DNA of 64,000 bases from the IMG/VR virus record IMGVR_UViG_3300026549_000033, positions 64,001 to 128,000 of that record; one strand, given 5' to 3'. Under the pieces are notes generated by a model. That model was given only the letters and a program-made list of their open reading frames with translations, was not told the DNA's origin and ran no database searches. A program made the translations under genes and the position numbers. The stretch's first letter is position 1; each line of letters begins with the position of its first letter. Origin of the DNA: a virus (lineage: Duplodnaviria; Heunggongvirae; Uroviricota; Caudoviricetes). Positions 17,817-25,982 of the stretch are shown in pieces.

Positions 17817-18035
17817 ATGCAAATTGACAGAACTGAAAGTTTAGAACACACAAATTTTAAAATGTTTTTAGCAACAGTAAGAATGTTATCAAACTCACAA
17901 GGATTTTATTCCAGAATGCAAAGGACAATAGATGAATGGACGGATGCAGAATTTGAACAGGCAAGGGAATATTTTAATAATCTTCCGCAAAGGTTCAATG
18001 ACACAGTAGATGTTGTAATGTTCTTAGAGCAATAG
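17817..18035 (+). CDS. Hypothetical early protein
   Basis: Start reassigned to the ATG after the GAGGT RBS. Confidence 0.8.
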   Translation: MQIDRTESLEHTNFKMFLATVRMLSNSQGFYSRMQRTIDEWTDAEFEQAREYFNNLPQRFNDTVDVVMFLEQ

Positions 18036-18114
18036 AAAAAAAAATAACCTTGAACACTAAAACAAAATCATGTATAATAAGAATGTAAGCAAGTTAAGGA
18101 ATGAGGTAAACAAA

Positions 18115-18666
18115 ATGAAATATGAATTTGACGGAATTAGCACAGAGCAATTCAACGAACAGGATAAGGAATTATTCACAGAATACTATGACGGAACACT
18201 AATTGAAAAAGATAATTTCACCGTAGAATTAGATAGTAAAGAAGTAAAATTGCACCTTTATATTGAACACATAGACATGTCAGAATACGAAGACACAGAT
18301 GACCAAATTATATCCATCGGGGTTGTACCAGCTTTTGAAAGTTTATCAGAAAAACATCAACAGGATATTTTAGGACAATTCACAGAAGACGACCAAGAGT
18401 ATTTTAAAAACCACACAGATGAGTTATTGCAAGACTCTATCTCTTATGGGTTCGGGATTACCTTGAGAAGTGAAACTGTAAAGGAAGACGACGTAGAAAA
18501 TAAAATAAATTCAGCAATAGCAGTAAGACACTCAGTATCAGGCTTAATAGGGTTTGAGCTAGATAGATATGTAAACCGTATTGGTAACACAGGATGGGAT
18601 TTCTTAGCTGATTATTGTGAAGACCAAGATTTAATAAAATCAGCTATGGCAAGATTTAAAAAATAA
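18115..18666 (+). CDS. Hypothetical acidic early protein
   Basis: Start reassigned to the ATG after the GAGGT RBS. Confidence 0.8.
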   Translation: MKYEFDGISTEQFNEQDKELFTEYYDGTLIEKDNFTVELDSKEVKLHLYIEHIDMSEYEDTDDQIISIGVVPAFESLSEKHQQDILGQFTEDDQEYFKNHTDELLQDSISYGFGITLRSETVKEDDVENKINSAIAVRHSVSGLIGFELDRYVNRIGNTGWDFLADYCEDQDLIKSAMARFKK

Positions 18667-19000
18667 TTACTCTCTCTCTCTTAACTTCAATTACTTTATA
18701 GGGTACTACTCACCGCAGTAGTACCTCTTTGTTTTGGGTTTTTACTCCCACCCCATTAAGATTTAATTCCCTGTAGAGAGGAGCCAACCCATAACGATTG
18801 CCTACTCCTCAATAATAACTTAACTTTCAGAGGGTTATACCCATATGAAAGATTTGATTGATTTTGATTTTTAATTCCGAGCCTATTTAACCTTGACAAA
18901 TTTACACAGGCATGTTCTATGGATCCATGCCTGTTAATAACCTTGCACATACTTTATAAATCTATTATAATATAAGTATAAAAAGAAAGAGGAAAAACAA

Positions 19001-19267
19001 ATGGAAAATATGACACTTGAACAGGAACTAACGGCAAGAATTTTTGTGCATAAGGTAGCAGTAGTCGGCGGAGTACTTATGAAAGACTATATCGACCGCC
19101 AACATGGTGAAGTAAACTTGCCGGAATTTACAGTAGAAGAACAGGCAGACCAATACTCAAATGAAGTTATCCAAAAGGCTATGGCAGACGGTACTTTTGA
19201 AGACCTATACCACAGAGCATGGGAAAGTATAAAAAACACACTTGACGAAAATACAAAAGTTATATAA
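19001..19267 (+). CDS. Hypothetical early protein
   Basis: ORF behind a TAACCTTG promoter. Confidence 0.8.
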   Translation: MENMTLEQELTARIFVHKVAVVGGVLMKDYIDRQHGEVNLPEFTVEEQADQYSNEVIQKAMADGTFEDLYHRAWESIKNTLDENTKVI

Positions 19268-19336
19268 TAACCTTGAATTTAAATACAAGGTATGTTATAA
19301 TAAGAATGTAAGCAGTTAAGAAATGAGGTAAACAAA

Positions 19337-19702
19337 ATGAAAGTTAAAGAACTTATTAAACAATTACAAGAACTTCCACAGGAAGACGATATTGTTATCA
19401 CGGCTATGGACGACCACTTTTTTGAAACCGAGTTTGAAGTACATAGTCCTTATGAAGACGGACAAGCACAGGAAATTATAATAAATGCCTACATGAGAGA
19501 AGATGCAGTCATCTCAAGAGAAGAACCCGAAGAAGAAATTGTAACTATACAGGACTTATGTAAACTCTTGACGGCTGAAAATTTAGCAGACTTTTTGCAA
19601 GAGTACAATAAATATGTACAGGAATTCCACGAAACACATGACACAGGCTCAACTCCTGTATCAATCATGGAATTTTACAATAATGACTATTTTGAAGTAT
19701 AA
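19337..19702 (+). CDS. Hypothetical acidic early protein
   Basis: Class A repeat; MKVKELIKQLQELP start typical of small phage proteins. Confidence 0.8.
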   Translation: MKVKELIKQLQELPQEDDIVITAMDDHFFETEFEVHSPYEDGQAQEIIINAYMREDAVISREEPEEEIVTIQDLCKLLTAENLADFLQEYNKYVQEFHETHDTGSTPVSIMEFYNNDYFEV

Positions 19703-19864
19703 CCTTGAACTTATAAAAGAAATCTGTTATACTAATAATGTAAGCAGTTAAGAAACGAAGACTAATAGTCGACGGACCGTCGAGCAAGGGGCGTACGGTT
19801 GACGCTAGCAATACACTGTGCGTCCCTCGTCTGTCCAAATTAAGAAAACAAAGAGGTAATAAAC

Positions 19865-20113
19865 ATGAACTTATCAGAATTTTGCAACAGGGTATACAAT
19901 AACTATAACTTATATGGAACAACGGAATGCACAGTAGACAACTACAAGTTAGAAGTTGAATACACAGACGCTAATGAAGAGCACTGGCGTTGCTATGAAA
20001 TCACCTTAACAGATACAGACTATAACAGTGTAATTTTTCAAGGTCACGTAGATACAGATAATAAGGCACTTCTATTCAAACTTATTGAAGCATGTTATTC
20101 TCTAATGAAATAA
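19865..20113 (+). CDS. Hypothetical early protein
   Basis: ORF behind a promoter with an inserted structured leader. Confidence 0.75.
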   Translation: MNLSEFCNRVYNNYNLYGTTECTVDNYKLEVEYTDANEEHWRCYEITLTDTDYNSVIFQGHVDTDNKALLFKLIEACYSLMK

Positions 20114-20184
20114 CCTTGACTCTAAATACAAAATATGTTATACTAATAATGTAAGCAGTTAAGAAATGAAATGAGGTAAACAAA

Positions 20185-20712
20185 ATGACAAAGAAACACA
20201 CAACAATATGGAAATCCTACGGTATGTATGACCTAAAAGAAATGGAACAGGCAGAACAGGATGCAAGAGAACACTTGAAAGAAAATGACTTTGAAGACTG
20301 GGAAACCGTAGATGTTACAGACACTATATATGAAGACATAGACATGTGGTTTGAGGATGAGCAATCCAACTTATTCAGAATACTTGACGGCAGAATTTTA
20401 TGTATAGCAGACATGGGCTTATGGAACGGCAGAAGAACAGGCTACAAAATCTTAGGCAATAACCTTAATGAAGTCTTAACATGTGGAATAGGATGCGACG
20501 AAAAAGAAATCTATTGCGACGCATACAATGTATATGCAACAGGATACCACCACGACGGCAGAAACCATGTAGAATTCAGAGAAATAAGGGAAGACAGAAA
20601 CATTGACAACTTAACAGATAAACTCTATTCAGGCATGCCTGTTACACGCAGAGAAATAAACTACTATACAAAATCTTTAAGACCTTATGTAAAACAAGTT
20701 TACGGAATTTAA
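20185..20712 (+). CDS. Hypothetical early protein
   Basis: 175-aa ORF behind a class A repeat. Confidence 0.85.
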   Translation: MTKKHTTIWKSYGMYDLKEMEQAEQDAREHLKENDFEDWETVDVTDTIYEDIDMWFEDEQSNLFRILDGRILCIADMGLWNGRRTGYKILGNNLNEVLTCGIGCDEKEIYCDAYNVYATGYHHDGRNHVEFREIREDRNIDNLTDKLYSGMPVTRREINYYTKSLRPYVKQVYGI

Positions 20713-20901
20713 TATTTTACCTCATTATATAAAGAGCCATACCCATACAGGCATGGCTTTTCTTTATACCCAAAATAACCTTGACAAATTTACATGGGCA
20801 TGTTCTAATCTTTTCTTAACATTTCTTATAAATAACCTTGAATTTGACATACTTATATGTTATACTAATAATGTAAACAGTTAAGAAATGAGGTAAACAA
20901 A

Positions 20902-21153
20902 ATGACAAACACATTTAAAAACGACAACGGACAGGAATTCAATGTTATTAGTGTATTAGAATTCAACAAGACAGATGCAGACTACTTCAAGAACTCATGG
21001 CAGAAACACAGAGCCATGCTACTTGAAAGAAATCAAGAATATATTGTAGCATCTTATGTTGGTGAAAGCTCATGGGGATATGGCTACTATGCAGACGGCA
21101 TCAAGGACGCAACCAAAAAATTTAATAGTATAATGGCAGACTATACAAAATAA
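20902..21153 (+). CDS. Hypothetical early protein
   Basis: Class A repeat. Confidence 0.8.
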   Translation: MTNTFKNDNGQEFNVISVLEFNKTDADYFKNSWQKHRAMLLERNQEYIVASYVGESSWGYGYYADGIKDATKKFNSIMADYTK

Positions 21154-21225
21154 CCTTGAATTTAAAAACCAAATCATGTATAATAATAATGTAAACAGTT
21201 AAATAAAAGAAATGAGGTAAACAAA

Positions 21226-21714
21226 ATGTTAGTATCAAAAGAAATTTCAGATTTTTACGAATTAAAAGACAATTCATGGTCAGGTGCTTTAGACACTTTA
21301 GCAGACATTGAAAACGCAGGAAAAGAAGACGAACTCATGCAACACTTAGAAGAAGTCTTTGCAGACGGTGAAACACCAACAGAAACCACTGTTAATGACT
21401 ACTTATGGCATGACAGAGAATATGTATATGAAGCACTTGGCTTGACTTCAAACGGTGAAATCCCAACAGAAGTTGACAAAGCAAGAGAAGACAACGCAAA
21501 TTGGCATGTATCTATTACAGAAATTAAAAAGTCAGGACTTTTTGAACAATCTTTAATTGACTACATTATTGATATGATACAGACCGACGAAGACGAAGAT
21601 GGCAATCCTGTATATGACGAAGATGAAACATATTGGATGGACTTTGAAGAATTGGAAAACAATTCAAACGAAGTAACAGAAGACCAAATCGAATGGCTTA
21701 ATGCTAATGGGTAG
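21226..21714 (+). CDS. Hypothetical acidic early protein
   Basis: Class A repeat. Confidence 0.85.
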   Translation: MLVSKEISDFYELKDNSWSGALDTLADIENAGKEDELMQHLEEVFADGETPTETTVNDYLWHDREYVYEALGLTSNGEIPTEVDKAREDNANWHVSITEIKKSGLFEQSLIDYIIDMIQTDEDEDGNPVYDEDETYWMDFEELENNSNEVTEDQIEWLNANG

Positions 21715-21816
21715 AGGATTTCTCTACCCTTTCAAAATAACCTTGAATTTAAAAACAAAATATGTTATACTAATAATGTAAGCAGTTAAGAAACAAAAAG
21801 AAATGAGGTAAACAAA

Positions 21817-22311
21817 ATGAGTTGGACTACAGAATTTTTAGAAAGCAGTGCTTTCAAAGTAAAACACCCAAAGGAAGTAAAACAAGTATTGGAACTTATG
21901 GGCTTTAGTGTTGACACCCATGATAATCAAATTAACTTCTACTCTACGGATAACGAATACTTTGATGAAGACACAGAAGTTGTACTATCTCTAAAGCCTA
22001 TCACAGTTGAGGGAAAAGAAGAACCTACAAATATTATAGGTATTATTTCAGACAGTTGCATGGAAAGTGTGGACCTAGAAGAACTTGAAAAGGACACATA
22101 CATGGTACAATCTATAACAGAATATTTACAGGATGAACTCACAGACGAAAAACAATATATTACTATAATGAATGTTGGCTTTGAGGGAAGAATAAGCGGA
22201 AACTATAACCCTTTTGGTGATTTAACTTTCATAACTAAAAACACTGTGAAATTTTCTTCACTATGGGCAACCGAACAACAATTCAAAAAAGAATGCGGAA
22301 TTACAGAATAA
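21817..22311 (+). CDS. Hypothetical early protein
   Basis: Class A repeat; stop codon inside the next repeat. Confidence 0.85.
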   Translation: MSWTTEFLESSAFKVKHPKEVKQVLELMGFSVDTHDNQINFYSTDNEYFDEDTEVVLSLKPITVEGKEEPTNIIGIISDSCMESVDLEELEKDTYMVQSITEYLQDELTDEKQYITIMNVGFEGRISGNYNPFGDLTFITKNTVKFSSLWATEQQFKKECGITE

Positions 22312-22377
22312 CCTTGAATTTAAATACAAGATATGTTATACTAATAATGTAAGCAATAAAGAAATGAGGTAACAATT

Positions 22378-22770
22378 ATGGTAACAGAATTAGAAAAACA
22401 ACTTATTCAAATAGGACAAAGAATTACAGACGGAACGGCAGACTATGATGACTTATTCACTTTACAAAGCCACAAAAGAGAAGTATTAGAAATGGGCGAC
22501 ATTGTATTATGTGAACAGGCAGGAATTACAGAAGAAGAATACAACAAAGGCGAACTCAATCCCGAATTATTATTCAAAGAAAACTTTATAAGACTTGAAA
22601 TAGACCAGGACTATGAAGGGAATGCCTTTTGTACTATTAAACTTGACGACGAACAGGAACTCACTATTACAGAAGACGAACTCTTGAACCTTAGAAAAAT
22701 CTTGAATGAAAACTTTGATGAGATACAGGAATATTTTCACCAAATTTATTTAAGATTTAGAGAACAATAA
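22378..22770 (+). CDS. Hypothetical early protein
   Basis: Class A repeat; stop codon inside the next repeat. Confidence 0.8.
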   Translation: MVTELEKQLIQIGQRITDGTADYDDLFTLQSHKREVLEMGDIVLCEQAGITEEEYNKGELNPELLFKENFIRLEIDQDYEGNAFCTIKLDDEQELTITEDELLNLRKILNENFDEIQEYFHQIYLRFREQ

Positions 22771-22844
22771 CCTTGAATTTAAAAACAAAATCATGTATAA
22801 TAATAATGTAAGCAGTTAAGAAACAAAAAGAAATGAGGTAAATT

Positions 22845-23225
22845 ATGGCAGACACAATTTTTGACAAAATTATTTTCAGTGCATTAGACGAAGAAGTTGT
22901 AAACAACGGATACGGAAATTGCCAAAAATATGAAGTAGAATTAAACTACAACGGAAGAACTTATACAACACACTATACTGATTCAGTAATGGCTTATAGA
23001 AATGGAGAAGACTTAGACTTTAGACAAGTTATGGAATGTTTATTATTGGACAAATCAGCATACGATAGTTGCAGAGATATAGATGACTTCCAAGCAGAGT
23101 TTGGATATGAAAAAGTAAGTGAATGCTTAAAGGCATACAACGGATGTAAAGAAACTTCCGAAGGACTTGAAAGACTATTCACAGAAGAAGAATTGGAACA
23201 ACTTCAGGAAGAAATCAACGATTAA
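22845..23225 (+). CDS. Hypothetical early protein
   Basis: Class A repeat. Confidence 0.8.
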   Translation: MADTIFDKIIFSALDEEVVNNGYGNCQKYEVELNYNGRTYTTHYTDSVMAYRNGEDLDFRQVMECLLLDKSAYDSCRDIDDFQAEFGYEKVSECLKAYNGCKETSEGLERLFTEEELEQLQEEIND

Positions 23226-23262
23226 ACTTGACAGACTTATAAATATACGATATAATTATAGT

Positions 23263-23336
23263 AGCAGTTGTTTACCTCAATAAACTTAATTGCTAAGAAA
23301 GAGATAGGACTACGGAACCCCTATCTCTTTTGTTTT
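23263..23336 (+). ncRNA. Candidate antisense sRNA against the shared class A leader
   Basis: TTGACA(23228)-17-TATAAT promoter, no ORF, hairpin with CCTCAA loop, two blocks complementary to the class A leader, 11-bp terminator. Confidence 0.7.
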
Positions 23337-23643
23337 GGGATTTTCTGCCACACCCAAGAGAGCCACATTTCGCGAGAAGCCAACCCATCATGATTGCCTG
23401 CTTCTCATATATACTTTAACTTTCGAGGGGTTAAACCTATATGAAAAATTCCTATGATTTTGATTTTTAATTATGAATGATTTTTATATTTGACTTTCCA
23501 AAAGTTATAACCGAAGTTATGGAAATAACCTTGACAAATTTACATGGGCATGTTCTCAGATCCATGCCTGTTAATAACCTTGAACATGCAAGGGTAATCT
23601 GTTATAATATAAATGTAAGCAATAAAGAAATGAGGTACAAACT

Positions 23644-24570
23644 ATGACAACTTTCACAGACGAAAATTTTACAGGTTACGAATTCAGATGCACAACTGCA
23701 TCAGGAAACACAGGCTTTAAACATATATGCGAAGTCTACAAAAATAATGAACCAATAGACTCATGCATGTCTGTTATAAACTGGGGTAACAGGACTTGGG
23801 AATCCTTCCAATATGCCACAGTATTACAGGACTCTAAGGATAAACTCACAAACCTATTAGACGGTATTGAAAAACCCGAAATAGACTATAACTTCCTATC
23901 CAAATTAGTGGAACAGGATATTATAACAGACTACGGAGAATTAGAGAATGGTGAAACTGTTATAATGTTTGACACTTGGGAACAGGTTGAAGGTAAAGAC
24001 GAAAGAACCTATGTAGAAGGTGAAGGAATGGTGAAGACAGGAAACTTCATTAAATCCCCTTATGCTAAATTAAGAGACTTAGCGGAGAAGGGATTACTTA
24101 AACCTTCAGTTCAACTTACTATAGTTAATGTAGAATATGTATTCACAGACCAATTCATGAAATGCGATGACTGCGGAAGAATTTTTGATTACACTTGGGG
24201 CGACCTTACTTATGTAGAAGAAGAAGGAATGATGCTCTGTGATGATTGCATAAATTCAGAATACAGAATTGAACCTTTGATTGAAAGAGCTAAGGATGAT
24301 TTAAGACAGGCTCTTAAACCAACAGTTGACCAATCTATAATAGAAGGATTAGGATACTCTTTAATTGAAGGTGATAACTTCTCCTTTGCACCTGACAGAT
24401 ACTTTGTAAATAATGTATCAGAAGAATGGGTAGATAAATTTATACATAAGTATAATGGATTTGTTCAAATCTATCAGGTAGAACAATTCGATTGTCCTTT
24501 CCAAATTTGGGTACCTTCGGAAGTATTAGAGAAGGCTCAAAGAGAAGTAGATTTTAAATTTAATAGATAA
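23644..24570 (+). CDS. Hypothetical protein with CxxC pairs
   Basis: 308-aa ORF, last class A gene. Confidence 0.85.
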   Translation: MTTFTDENFTGYEFRCTTASGNTGFKHICEVYKNNEPIDSCMSVINWGNRTWESFQYATVLQDSKDKLTNLLDGIEKPEIDYNFLSKLVEQDIITDYGELENGETVIMFDTWEQVEGKDERTYVEGEGMVKTGNFIKSPYAKLRDLAEKGLLKPSVQLTIVNVEYVFTDQFMKCDDCGRIFDYTWGDLTYVEEEGMMLCDDCINSEYRIEPLIERAKDDLRQALKPTVDQSIIEGLGYSLIEGDNFSFAPDRYFVNNVSEEWVDKFIHKYNGFVQIYQVEQFDCPFQIWVPSEVLEKAQREVDFKFNR

Positions 24571-25919
24571 AAGTCCTGGGGAAACCCTTTCCCCATAAGG
24601 CTTTGCAACCCCTCAATTCTATATGCTTACACTGGTGAAACCCTCTCTATGAGAGGGTAAAGCCATACGCAATTTCAAAATCAACCTCTGGGGAACCCCT
24701 TGCACCACAAGAGCTTTGCCATAGAATGATTTTTATTTTACACTCTCAAACCCCTGCACCATAAGGATTTCCCCATAGATTTTAACAAAACTTAATTAAA
24801 TTTGATTAAATAATTTGACACACTTTAAAATAGGTGATATAATAAAAAGGCTAAAAATTAAAACTCTCTCTCTTTAAGAAAGCTCAAGAGATATATAATA
24901 TAAAAAGAGCTTTGAAGTCTGTAGTTATCCGCTACAGGCTTTTATATTTATTACATTATAAGAGTAGAAAAACTAAATAAGAGAATATAAGAGTTCTTTG
25001 TCCCTTATTCTTTCTCACTTACTTATCTACTTTTATACTTCGGGATATTTCGTACCCACTCTCTCTTTGTTACACTGGTAGATAGCAAAAGTAAGTGAGT
25101 TTTCTTATATAACCTTGACAAATTTACATGAGCATGTTCTAAAATAACCTTGACTATTATACCTATTTTGTGTTATACTTAATCATATAATGGTTAAGTA
25201 TAACACAAAACGAATTGACCTTACACATAGCACATTATACTATATACATAACACCACACCAACAGGAAGAACCCACTGCATATAACTGCACCTTGCATAA
25301 GTACTGTAAAGCCACGCACCACTCCTCTGACACAGAGAACCTTATGCAACCCCACAGAGCTAATGCAATAGTGCATATATATATACATGTATAAGAGGAC
25401 ACCATGAGAATATGCACGCATATACATATAAGAGGACACCATGAGAATATACATGCAAAATCAAATAAAAGTTATTCCAAAGTACATATTAAATTATATA
25501 GTGTAACAAGAGAAATGTTACGAGCAAACTAAATACAATTACAGAAAGTCCTGAAAACAGGCACAGGGCTTGCTTTTTTATGCCACCGCACCCACTTTCC
25601 CTTACAACCACAGTTACTTTACACTTCTTAATAATCCACCAAAATACACTAATTCCTCACATCTCTCACCCAAATCCCTTGCTATACTTACTATTCCACC
25701 TATTTTATATCTACCCGATATAAACCTTTACAAACCTATCTATTCGATATACCGCATAGATATATCTACCCGATACATATTACCACCACAAGTCTTATCT
25801 ATTCTTAATTTCCATACTTTTCATATATCTACACGATATATCTAAAAGGTACATTCTTTACTTTTCTTCATATTTTATGGGATAATATATTCATACCCCT
25901 TTGACTATACTACATGAAA
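24571..25919. other. About 1.35-kb non-coding interval separating class A and class B arrays
   Basis: No credible ORF; orphan promoter TTGACA 24815; 23-bp direct repeat at 25391/25428; G-poor tracts. Confidence 0.75.
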
Positions 25920-25982
25920 TAACCTTGAACATAAATACAATACATGTTATAATAATGGTATAAAGCAAAGGAGTTAAAACTT

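Larger units (their letters stand above)
15427..23646 (+). repeat. Class A promoter-leader repeat array (about 17 copies)
   Basis: Consensus TAACCTTGAA-N-(TG)TATAAT/TATACT-AATGTAAGCAGTTAAG-AAATGAGGTAAACAAAATG; 73-bp identical copies at 17747 and 18045. Confidence 0.92.

Noticed and set aside
17772-18114. Shared N-terminal peptide MYNKNVSKLRNEVNKM in two ORFs
   Set aside because: Artefact of translating the promoter-leader repeat; the real starts follow the GAGGT RBS (17817, 18115).
25221-25845. ORFs 25221-25454, 25235-25417, 25570-25845
   Set aside because: Low-complexity non-coding DNA with TTG or RBS-less starts.
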